A DNA stretch of 64,000 nucleotides. Origin: Myxococcales bacterium. GTDB taxonomy: Bacteria > Myxococcota_A > Polyangia > Polyangiales > DASUME01. The notes beneath the pieces are model-generated. The model did no database searches, was not told the DNA's origin, and saw nothing but the letters and a program-made list of their open reading frames with translations. A program made the position numbers and the translations under genes. Below are positions 1 through 7,416 of the stretch, piece by piece (the first letter of the stretch is position 1; the number at the start of each line of letters is the position of its first letter). The stretch covers positions 512,001 to 576,000 of the forward strand of contig JASGJH010000001.1 of NCBI GenBank assembly GCA_047601445.1, written 5' to 3'.

Positions 1-1680
1 CACGCGGTTGCTCTTGTACTGCTCGAGCAGCTCAGGGCCACCGGTGCGGTAGTCGGTCACGGGGCAGGAGATGGCGTCAGGATTGCCCGCCGGGGATTGG
101 CAGGCGCCCATCGGAACCTTCTCGAAGTCGGTGATCGAGCGCTGTGGGTCGCGCAGCACCCAGACGTTCGACTGTCCCGCCAGGCCCGAGTTGCTGCCGA
201 GCTTCGAGCCGTCGGAAGGCAACGTCGAGTTGTTCGCGTTATTGTATCCGAGCCAGCTATCGAGGAAGAGCCGCTTGCCATCGAGCTCCGAGGTCCACTT
301 CAACAGCGCGTTGGTGCTGTTGGCCTTGTAGACGTTGGCGAGGGCGTCGTAGCTGCCGTTCAGGGTCTTGTAGTAAGGGTTGATGGTTTGGGTGCTGATC
401 TGAGGCAGACCCGTGTCCGGATGGAAGCCGTACTTACCGTCTCCGCCAGACACCGGGTAGACTCCGTTGACGGAGAGGTTCACACGGTTGTGGCTGTTGG
501 CGGCCCAGGTCAGCTTGCCGATGGCCTGGAACATGTCCTGCTGGGCCGCGTACGTCTTGGTGGTGCCCGGGATCAGCTTGGTCTGCGCGCTACCGTCGTC
601 GTTGAGGAGCGGGGTGCCGTCGTCAGCGAACTGGGATTCGTGCAGAGAGCGCTTCAGGTTGTACTTGGACTGGGCGTAGTCGAAGCCGGCGTAGAACCAC
701 AATTTGTCCTTGATGATCGGACCGCTGACGTCACCGCCGATGTCGAACATGCGATCGAGCTTCGGCGTGGTGACCACCGTTTGGCCGTCGCGTTGTACCA
801 CCTTGGGATCACCCGAGAGCGCGCCCGGCGCGTAGTTCGCCCATACCGAGGCGTGGACCTCGTTGGAGCCTGACTTCGTGATGGCGTTGAAGATACCGCC
901 GGTGGAGCGACCGTACTCCGGCATGTAACCGCCGCTCAGCACGCTGACCTCTTTCATGAAGTCGATGCTGAGTGGGGTGTTGTTGAGGCCGTAGAGCGAG
1001 TTGGACACCGACTGGCCGTCGATCAGGTAGCGGTTTTCGCCCGATGACGCGCCGAACATCGACATGCCGAAGGGATCGGCCTGCACGCCGGGAACCACGT
1101 CAGCCACCGATTCGAACGAGCGCACGGAGGAGCCCTTGCCTCCGGGCATCGACACCGGGATGCGCGTCGTGAAGTCCGACGTGATGTTCATACCGACGCT
1201 GCTCGAGCCGACGTCGACGGTGGGCGTGCGGCCCACGACAACGACTTCCTGGGCCTTGAGTGCCTCGGGCAACAGCGAGCCGTTCAAGCGGAGCGTCGCG
1301 TCGACGTGGAGGTCGAGGGCCTCGCGCGCATAGGGTTTGAAGTTCTCCGCTTCGACACGCAGCGTGTACACGCCGGGAGGCAGCCCCAGGATGCGATAGC
1401 CGCCCTGAGCGTCGGTCACGGCCAACTCTTCGCCCTGCAACGCAGGGGAGGTGACGGTCACGACGGCATCCGCCACGGGCTTGCCCGTGGAGGCATCGCG
1501 GATCGTTCCGATCAGACCCGCGGCGCCTTGCTGCGCTTCGACGGGACTTACGCAGAGCGTGCCCGCACCCAAGATCGGGAGGCTCAAGGCCGCCATCGTC
1601 AGCAGACGGCCCAGGGCCATCGTGCTGCGAGGCCTATATGAGTTCGAGCCCCTCTTCTTACCTTCGGCGGCTTCCGCCAT
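1..1680 (-). CDS. TonB-dependent outer membrane receptor, Oar-like (3' part runs off the window)
   Basis: Not in the ORF track because there is no stop in the window. Manual translation from ATG 1680 (RBS GGAGG) gives a signal peptide and a carboxypeptidase-regulatory-like domain (GTIRDASTGKPVADAVVTVTSPALQG...LPPGVYTLRVE). Plug motifs ENRYLIDG and EVSVLSGGYMPEYGRSTGGIFNAITKSGSN follow, then GPIIKDKLWFYAG. An alternative start lies at 1620. Confidence 0.9.
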   Translation of the reverse strand, partial: MAEAAEGKKRGSNSYRPRSTMALGRLLTMAALSLPILGAGTLCVSPVEAQQGAAGLIGTIRDASTGKPVADAVVTVTSPALQGEELAVTDAQGGYRILGLPPGVYTLRVEAENFKPYAREALDLHVDATLRLNGSLLPEALKAQEVVVVGRTPTVDVGSSSVGMNITSDFTTRIPVSMPGGKGSSVRSFESVADVVPGVQADPFGMSMFGASSGENRYLIDGQSVSNSLYGLNNTPLSIDFMKEVSVLSGGYMPEYGRSTGGIFNAITKSGSNEVHASVWANYAPGALSGDPKVVQRDGQTVVTTPKLDRMFDIGGDVSGPIIKDKLWFYAGFDYAQSKYNLKRSLHESQFADDGTPLLNDDGSAQTKLIPGTTKTYAAQQDMFQAIGKLTWAANSHNRVNLSVNGVYPVSGGDGKYGFHPDTGLPQISTQTINPYYKTLNGSYDALANVYKANSTNALLKWTSELDGKRLFLDSWLGYNNANNSTLPSDGSKLGSNSGLAGQSNVWVLRDPQRSITDFEKVPMGACQSPAGNPDAISCPVTDYRTGGPELLEQYKSNRV

Positions 1681-1720
1681 TACCACCCTCCATTACAGAA
1701 ATGCGTTCGCGTCGTTTTGA

Positions 1721-1860
1721 TGCGCAGACCGGTACATCGGGGCCTTACAGCGGCCCTTACCTTCGTTGGGTCAGCTAGGACCTCACGGGTCCCTCGTCGG
1801 CTCTGGTCCCTCAGTCCGGGACTTCCCCCCATCGGAAGCCCAGGATTTTCGGTGCGTCCC
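1721..1860 (-). ncRNA. Candidate structured 5' leader of the TonB receptor gene, partly resembling ydaO/c-di-AMP riboswitch motifs
   Basis: Three hairpins (1815-1845, 1777-1793, 1740-1756). G-U pairs in two of them work only on the minus strand. Segments GAAAAUCC-stem-GGA and CCGAC...AGCUGACCC are present. Confidence 0.3.
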
Positions 1861-2079
1861 CTTGTGCAACGCAGGTTGCCGAACGATTTCGCCAAGCCCG
1901 AATAGGGTAACATCGTGGTCAACGTGGAATACAAGCAAACTTGCGGGGTACCCCAATCATTTTAGTGAGATGCGGCGCAGCTCTGCTGCCATGTAGGGAG
2001 CAGCCATGCAGCAGAAGCGATGTGCGCGCCGCGCTCTCGGCAGGGGCCACGAACGGGGATGCAAGGCCGCTTAAAGCGA

Positions 2080-2110
2080 CACGGGCTCGCGACGGAGTCG
2101 CGAGCCCGTG
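2080..2110 (-). terminator. Perfect 14-bp hairpin downstream of the S8 protease gene
   Basis: CACGGGCTCGCGAC-gga-GTCGCGAGCCCGTG lies 20 nt past the stop; the U-tract is weak. Confidence 0.55.
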
Positions 2111-2130
2111 AGCTGGAGATCATGCTGCGT

Positions 2131-3720
2131 TCAGCGGACTGCAGCGTAGGCGTCTGCAATACCGGAGCCGTAGAAGCCGTTGTACAGCGGACTTCCTTCG
2201 CAGTTCATCTCGGGCATGTCGTCAGGGTAAGGCTGATAGGGGTTTGCCGGGCAAGCCGTGTGCTGCGCGCGCAGACCCATGTGGGCCTTCAGCAGCGTGG
2301 GCGAGAGCTTGCCGAAGCGGCTCATCACCAGTGCTGCGACAGCCGTGGCGTGGGGCGTGGCCATGGAGGTGCCCTGCATCAGGCCGTAGGTCTCGGCGCA
2401 GGTGCTGGGATCGGAGTTGGGATCGTTGGGGTCGAGGCCATCGGCGCAGTTCACGCCCACGCGGCCGTTCCAGTTGATCGCGTCGAGGAAGTACCAGCTG
2501 TCTGAGGGCATCGGCGAGAGGATCTGGCCCGATGCGTTGCCAGGCATCGGCACGTGCAGGTCACCACCAGGCGACGCGATGTCGACGATGCCCAGGCCGT
2601 AGTTCGAGTAGTAGGCCATGTTCTTGTCGCCACCGATGGCGCTCACGCCGATGACTCCATCGAGGCCGACCGGCAGCAGCTTGCACGAGGAGTCGATGTT
2701 TCGCTCCACGGTCTCGGCGTCGGTCGGACTGAAGTAGTCGACGGTCGGATGGGCCAGGTCGATCTGCTCGTTGCTGGCGGCCGCGAACATCGTGGTGCCC
2801 TTGCGGCTCGCGAAGTTCACAGCACGCTGCTGGGCGGTCATCAACGTCTTCTGCACCGGATCGCTCGGGCAGCTGAAGTACCAGGGATCGATGTAGATGC
2901 TTCCGTTGACCAAGGGGATGTCGTGGGTCGCGGCCCAGTACATGCCGCAGATGAACGACTCGGGGTAAACGAAGCCGTCGTCGGTGACCTTGATCGAGGC
3001 GAGCGTGACGCCGGGGGCGATGCCTCCGATGCCGTGCCCGTTTTCCTTGGCGGCAATGATGCCCGCGACGTGCGAGCCGTGGCCCACGATGTCGCGGCCC
3101 CAGCTGTCGTGTCGGGTGTCGGCGAAGCCACCGATGCACGATGCGCTGTTCCCGGCGCTGATCTGACCCTTGAGGTCGGGCAAGCTGTCGTCGACGCCCG
3201 AGTCCATCACGGCAACCATCACGGACTTGGCGCCCTTCGTGATGCGATGGGCTTCCTTCACGTGGATGATGTCGTTGTTCCACTGATAGCCGCTGAGCGG
3301 CTCGGGCGACGTGGGCGCGGGCCGCGGCGACTTCACGTCACTCCAGGCCATGTGCACCGGCAGCGCCGAGGTGCCGGCGCCGGTCGTGGCGGCCACCGAA
3401 TCGATTTCCGGCCGTGCCTCGAGCTTCGAGGCGAACGACTGGGTGTGTCCCGTGGCGATCACGACGCCGATTTCGGGATAGGAGGCCACGAGCTCGCCGC
3501 CGGCTTTCTCGATGTCCTTCTTCGCGGACTTCGGGACAGCTTCGCGCTTGTAGAGCACGACGAAGGTCGCTGCAGGGATCTCGTCGAGCGCTGATGCGGA
3601 GCCGAGAGTGGTTTGCTCTTCGCCCGAGGGCTGGATATCTCCGGCGCACGCCGAAAGCGGCATTGCGAGTGTTAGCGCTAGGCGAACGACCTTTCGCGGC
3701 AAGGGAAGCGTCATGGCCAC
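2131..3720 (-). CDS. Subtilisin-like S8 serine protease, lipoprotein
   Basis: Catalytic triad motifs VAVMDSG, HGSHVAG and GTSMATPH; oxyanion AASN; lipobox LSAC; I9-like propeptide. Start is GTG 3720 or ATG 3714. Confidence 0.93.
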   Translation of the reverse strand: MAMTLPLPRKVVRLALTLAMPLSACAGDIQPSGEEQTTLGSASALDEIPAATFVVLYKREAVPKSAKKDIEKAGGELVASYPEIGVVIATGHTQSFASKLEARPEIDSVAATTGAGTSALPVHMAWSDVKSPRPAPTSPEPLSGYQWNNDIIHVKEAHRITKGAKSVMVAVMDSGVDDSLPDLKGQISAGNSASCIGGFADTRHDSWGRDIVGHGSHVAGIIAAKENGHGIGGIAPGVTLASIKVTDDGFVYPESFICGMYWAATHDIPLVNGSIYIDPWYFSCPSDPVQKTLMTAQQRAVNFASRKGTTMFAAASNEQIDLAHPTVDYFSPTDAETVERNIDSSCKLLPVGLDGVIGVSAIGGDKNMAYYSNYGLGIVDIASPGGDLHVPMPGNASGQILSPMPSDSWYFLDAINWNGRVGVNCADGLDPNDPNSDPSTCAETYGLMQGTSMATPHATAVAALVMSRFGKLSPTLLKAHMGLRAQHTACPANPYQPYPDDMPEMNCEGSPLYNGFYGSGIADAYAAVR

Positions 3721-3764
3721 ACATCCTTCTCAATGAGGTTACGTACCGAGGTTGGAAGGGCTCC

Positions 3765-3782
3765 TTGCGAGAACCGTACCTG
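3765..3782 (-). promoter_or_regulatory. Candidate sigma54 (-24/-12) promoter for the S8 protease
   Basis: Minus strand reads CAGGTACGGTTCTCGCA: GG(3780-3779)-N10-GC(3768-3767), close to the TGGCACG-N4-TTGC consensus. Confidence 0.55.
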
Positions 3783-3843
3783 GCTTAAAACCCCGCAAAA
3801 CTCGGTCGTTTCGCGGTGTCTTGAAGGGGCCTACCTCGGCACC

Positions 3844-3884
3844 TGTTTCCGCGGCGGAAACAAACTGTTGTCTGCGAGGCAACA
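3844..3884. promoter_or_regulatory. Tandem 19-bp TGT-N13-ACA palindromes, candidate enhancer (UAS)
   Basis: TGTTTCCGCGGCGGAAACA (3844-3862) and TGTTGTCTGCGAGGCAACA (3866-3884), offset by 22 bp. Confidence 0.6.
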
Positions 3885-4488
3885 GGGTTAGCGGCCGATG
3901 CAGCGCGCGTTGCGCGGCAGACTCTCATCGAGCCTTCGCTGCATGCGCAGCAACGGAGATGTGGGCCGCGGAAATGCAACGACGATGGTGGCGAGGTAGG
4001 GCGCGTTGCGCGATCAACTTCCCATCGTCTGCGCGGTACCGACATCTGCGTGTGGCTCGGCATGAGCACCACGTCGTTGCGGTGCGCCGACCGGGTCCGC
4101 GGCCGACGACGACCAGGTGCTACTCGTCGAGCGGACCGCACCAAGCGGAGCTGCGCATCCACACCCGACTTGGTCAGCGTGTCCGCGTGACGAGCGCAAC
4201 CAACTTTCGGCGCGCCGTCGAACCGGCCTCCATGCCAGTGAGCTCACGATGGAGTGCCAGTAGGGGAGCCAGGAGCGATGCTCTTGCCACTCGTCTATAG
4301 AGGATGCCTGCAACTCGAGCCGCCCAGGGTGGTGACAACGAACCGCGGGAGCCGGCTTCTCCCCTGGGCTGTCGTTGCCTGCGAGTGTCTGTCCGCGGAG
4401 CAACAGAGATGGCGGCCCAGGCAGGGTACGTTTGGGTGGGGGCAGCTGCAGGCCGGAGTGCGACAAGGCATCTCATCCCGACCGGCCG

Positions 4489-4546
4489 GAGTGTTGCTTG
4501 TGTTGCCTGCGAGTGTTGCCTCGGAGTGTTGCCTGTGAAGCAACAC
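4489..4546. repeat. Tandem GAGTGTTGCCTnn repeats ending in a perfect GTGTTGC-N7-GCAACAC palindrome
   Basis: TGTTGC at 4492, 4501, 4514 and 4527 (spacings 9, 13, 13); palindrome at 4526-4546. Confidence 0.8.
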
Positions 4547-4611
4547 GGGAGGCGGTCGCGGCAGGGGGTGTTGCTTCGGCCGTTATCCCAAGAGCCTCCG
4601 TTGCTTGCGAG

Positions 4612-4651
4612 TGTTGCCTGCGAGGAGACAGTTGTTGCCTCGGGTGTAACG
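4612..4651. promoter_or_regulatory. Second tandem pair of 19-bp TGT-N13-ACR sites, candidate enhancer (UAS)
   Basis: TGTTGCCTGCGAGGAGACA (4612-4630) and TGTTGCCTCGGGTGTAACG (4633-4651), offset by 21 bp, about 120-160 bp upstream of the predicted start site. Confidence 0.6.
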
Positions 4652-4745
4652 CGAACTTGCGTGCGACATAGGTAATTGAGGTGGGATCACCCAAAAATGC
4701 CAGGAGTTCCGCGCCTACCCGGTCGACTCTGGCCCTGCAATGTTG

Positions 4746-4762
4746 CTGGCACGTGTCCTGCT
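4746..4762 (+). promoter_or_regulatory. sigma54 (-24/-12) promoter
   Basis: CTGGCACGTGTCCTGCT: GG(4748-4749)-N10-GC(4760-4761). The predicted TSS near 4773 lies just before the riboswitch. Confidence 0.75.
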
Positions 4763-4782
4763 TTAGTCCCTTGCGAAGTTCG

Positions 4783-4865
4783 CTCTCGACAATGGCAAAC
4801 CCCGGGCGACCGGGCGTCGCAAAACCACGGGACTCCGAAGCGAGTTAGCCGGGTTACCGAAGGAG
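4783..4865 (+). ncRNA. Cyclic di-GMP-I (GEMM-I) riboswitch
   Basis: GGCAAAC, then P2 CCCGG-GCGA(GNRA)-CCGGG, then CGC-AAAACC, then P3 ACGG GACTC..GAGTT AGCCGGGT, then TACCG. Positions equivalent to Vc2 G20 and C92 are G and C, which is the c-di-GMP rather than cAG signature. Confidence 0.88.
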
Positions 4866-4873
4866 ATAAGCAC

Positions 4874-5863
4874 ATGAATAAGCTGAAGTTGGTTCCGGCC
4901 GTGATGGCGCTCACGTTGATTGGCTGCGCGGCCGACATGGCCGACGATGGTTCTGAGGTTGCTGATCAGGACATCGTGGACGACAACGGCCTTCCGAAGG
5001 GCAACGGCCTCCCGAAGGGCAACGGCCTTCCGAAGGGCAACGGCCTTCCGAAGGGCAACGGCCTCCCGAAGGGCAACGGCCTCGTCGAGGGTGCTGGCCT
5101 GAACAACGGCGCCGTGGTCTCCCTCAAGAACGCCGACGGCAGTCCCAACACGGCTGGCCTCTTGAACACGGGCAACGGCTTGCTCGGCTACGACAACAAC
5201 CAGGGCACCGAGTACGGCGACATGACGGCGCAGTACCTCGTCGAATGCGCACTGCCCACCGGCCACTGCGTCGACGTAGTGGACTACGCGGGCGTGCCGG
5301 CGACCTACTGCGGCTCCTTCAACGTGGCGCCCGAGTGGGAGTTCGGCGACTGCGGTACGGCCTGCCAGGAGCGCGTCTCGGCGTGTATTCTTGCGCGTAC
5401 CAACGCCAAGGGCGAGCACGTGGTGCTCGAGTTCAACGGCACCTTCAACAACTCGCAGGGCAACAACCCGCTCGGCACCCACAACAGCTCGCTCGGCTAT
5501 GGCAAGCAGGAAGCCGTCTTCATGGGCAACCTCTTCCTGGATCCGCCCCAGGCCCACTTCTGCACCGGCAGCTCGCTCAATAGCTGGGGTACTTCGTACT
5601 TCAACTGGGACGGCAAGGGGCCGCTCGCCACGCGTCTGTGCGGTGGGACGTACAGCGCCAGCACCGTCTTCGCCAGCGGTTCCGACTGCACGCAGGTGTA
5701 CATGTTCGCGGGTCAGTGCAACTTCGACGTGACCACGGCCTTCACGCCCATCATCAACCAGATGCAGAACAAGTGTTCGTGGGGTTCGAACAGCACGGCC
5801 AGCAGCTGCAAGGACAAGAACGGCCGGACCTGGAACAACGTCATCACCACCTTCACCAAGTGA
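4874..5863 (+). CDS. Uncharacterised Cys-rich lipoprotein with N-terminal (NGLPKG)5 repeat
   Basis: RBS AAGGAG 8 nt before ATG 4874; lipobox LIGC; strongly C/G-ending codons. Blocks YLVECALP, APEW, CQERVSACILARTN and QEAVFMGNLF resemble myxobacterial NGL-repeat proteins. Confidence 0.85.
   Translation: MNKLKLVPAVMALTLIGCAADMADDGSEVADQDIVDDNGLPKGNGLPKGNGLPKGNGLPKGNGLPKGNGLVEGAGLNNGAVVSLKNADGSPNTAGLLNTGNGLLGYDNNQGTEYGDMTAQYLVECALPTGHCVDVVDYAGVPATYCGSFNVAPEWEFGDCGTACQERVSACILARTNAKGEHVVLEFNGTFNNSQGNNPLGTHNSSLGYGKQEAVFMGNLFLDPPQAHFCTGSSLNSWGTSYFNWDGKGPLATRLCGGTYSASTVFASGSDCTQVYMFAGQCNFDVTTAFTPIINQMQNKCSWGSNSTASSCKDKNGRTWNNVITTFTK
4985..5083 (+). repeat. Coding 18-bp tandem repeat, 5.5 copies (AACGGCCTYCCGAAGGGC)
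   Basis: Directly visible; encodes NGLPKG five times plus NGL. Confidence 0.95.
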
Positions 5864-5911
5864 TGAGTTGACGTCGCGCCTTCGGGCGACTGCCTAAGCT
5901 AGCGAACTTTG

Positions 5912-5952
5912 AAACGCCCGGAACCCACGGTTCCGGGCGTTTGTTCTTGTTT
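5912..5952 (+). terminator. Intrinsic terminator
   Basis: AAACGCCCGGAACC-cac-GGTTCCGGGCGTTT followed by GTTCTTGTTT. Confidence 0.8.
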
Positions 5953-6028
5953 GGCTCCCGCACAACCGCCGGCCCCTTCTGGGGCGAAGCTCGAAGCCGT
6001 TCGCGACGTGGTATGCAGCGTTTGGCCC

Positions 6029-6319
6029 ATGTTCGCGCTCAAGATCACCGCCAGGGCAGACGAGCTCCTGATCGAGGTTCAGGTCGCTCCACGCGCCTCA
6101 CGCACCAAGCTCCTGGGCGTGCATGACGGCAAGCTCAAGGTGGCCCTCGAGGCCGCACCCGTGGACGGCGAGGCCAACGCCGCGCTGATCGCCTTCCTGG
6201 CCAAGCTACTCAAGCAGCCCAAGCGCAACGTGGTGCTGGTTCGTGGTGAAACCAGCCGTCACAAGCTAGTCGCGCTGCGCGGCGTGACGGAAGCAGAACT
6301 GCAGCAGCTCCTCGCCTGA
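6029..6319 (+). CDS. DUF167/YggU family protein
   Basis: VQVAPRASRT...LKVALEAAPVDGEANAALIAFLAK...LVRGETSRHK. Confidence 0.9.
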   Translation: MFALKITARADELLIEVQVAPRASRTKLLGVHDGKLKVALEAAPVDGEANAALIAFLAKLLKQPKRNVVLVRGETSRHKLVALRGVTEAELQQLLA

Positions 6320-6337
6320 GGGGAGGCCCCTCGCGGC

Positions 6338-7270
6338 TCAGAGCCCGAGTTCGCTGGCGTTGGCGCGCATCCACTCGATGTAGAACGCCACGTCCTTGTG
6401 GGACTCGACTTCGCCGCGCTCGCAACGGGTCTCGACTTCCTTACGCAGGTCACCGAGCCGCTTGCTGGGCGGGATGCCGAAGGCTTCGGTGATGGCGCTG
6501 CCGAGGCCCTTGGGCAGGGGCGGCACCTTGGAGTCGATGGCCGCCAGCGCCTTGATGCGCTTGCTGAGCTCGCTGATCTGCCGCAGCCCCCGCTTCTTCT
6601 TCTCGGGGCGCTTGGTGGTGATGTCAGCGCGGCTCAAGTCCAACAGGTCCTTGAGGCCCTCGCCCATCTCGCGCGAGAAGCGACGCACCGCCGAGTCGGT
6701 CCAGCTGCCGTCGTACTGACTCGCGCGCAGGTGATTGAGGATGAGGAAGTGCACGCGCTGGTGCAGCTCGCCCTCGATGCCGACGCGACGCGCCAGGCGC
6801 TTGCGGAACATGGCCGCACCCGCCTCGGAGTGACCGAAGAAGTGCACCTCGCCGTTCTCGCCGACGCTGCGGGTCTTCACCTTGCCGATGTCGTGCAGGA
6901 GGGCGCCCCAGCGCACGTTGAGCCGCGGCACGCTCTGCCAGACCACCTGCTTGGTGTGTTTCCACACGTCCTTGTGTCGCCACTCGCCGTCGCCGAAACC
7001 CACCAGGGCCTCGATTTCAGGCAACCAGACGCGCAGGAACCCGAGCTCGAGCAGGGCGTCCAGGCCCATGTCCGGCTGGCGGCCCGTAAGCAGTCGATCC
7101 AGCTCCCGGCGCACCACGGCGACTCCGAGCGTGTTCCACTCGTCAGCAGTCGGGGTCGCCGGCCGCTTTTCGGCCAATGCCGGGTCCACGGAAGCCACGT
7201 CCGCTGCCCACACCAGTGCGCGGAGGGCGACGTCAGGACGCAGGGCTTCGGCGGTGCTTACGGACATCAT
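6338..7270 (-). CDS. HD-domain phosphohydrolase resembling the C-terminal half of CCA-adding/poly(A) polymerase proteins
   Basis: LPEIEALVG...HKDVWKHT...ALLHDIGK...HFFGHSEAGA...RAD; RBS GGAGG before ATG 7270. Confidence 0.8.
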   Translation of the reverse strand: MMSVSTAEALRPDVALRALVWAADVASVDPALAEKRPATPTADEWNTLGVAVVRRELDRLLTGRQPDMGLDALLELGFLRVWLPEIEALVGFGDGEWRHKDVWKHTKQVVWQSVPRLNVRWGALLHDIGKVKTRSVGENGEVHFFGHSEAGAAMFRKRLARRVGIEGELHQRVHFLILNHLRASQYDGSWTDSAVRRFSREMGEGLKDLLDLSRADITTKRPEKKKRGLRQISELSKRIKALAAIDSKVPPLPKGLGSAITEAFGIPPSKRLGDLRKEVETRCERGEVESHKDVAFYIEWMRANASELGL

Positions 7271-7416
7271 GCTCGCCTCCTCGCTCGCGGGGGGCGCAAC
7301 GCTAGCAGGTAGGCACCGACGCCGCAAAAGCGAATCGCTAACGAGGTTTAGGTACCGCAACGGGTTTTGCAGGTTTCATGCCCCGGCCCGGGAGCGCTGA
7401 TGTACCCTTCGGGGCC

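Noticed and set aside
1860..1900. sigma54 promoter or second GEMM riboswitch before the TonB receptor (GGCAACC...GGGACGCA)
   Set aside because: GG-to-GC spacing is 11 rather than 10, and the GEMM P2 tetraloop stem and P3 are absent.
4370..4655. TGTTGC repeats as a CRISPR array, iterons, or a Cys-rich peptide gene (VACECC ORFs)
   Set aside because: Units are short and irregularly spaced, with no rep or cas gene nearby. The overlapping ORFs lack an RBS and codon bias and just reflect the DNA motif.
4676..4873. N-terminal extension of the repeat lipoprotein in the ORF track
   Set aside because: It overlaps the promoter and riboswitch; the RBS and signal peptide indicate ATG 4874.
4857..5074. 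CCGAAGG shared by the riboswitch 3' end and the coding repeat as a regulatory pairing
   Set aside because: A 7-nt match explained by the preferred Pro-Lys-Gly codons; there is no independent support.
4985..5083. 18-bp direct repeats as a CRISPR array
   Set aside because: No spacers, in-frame coding repeat, and no cas genes in the window.
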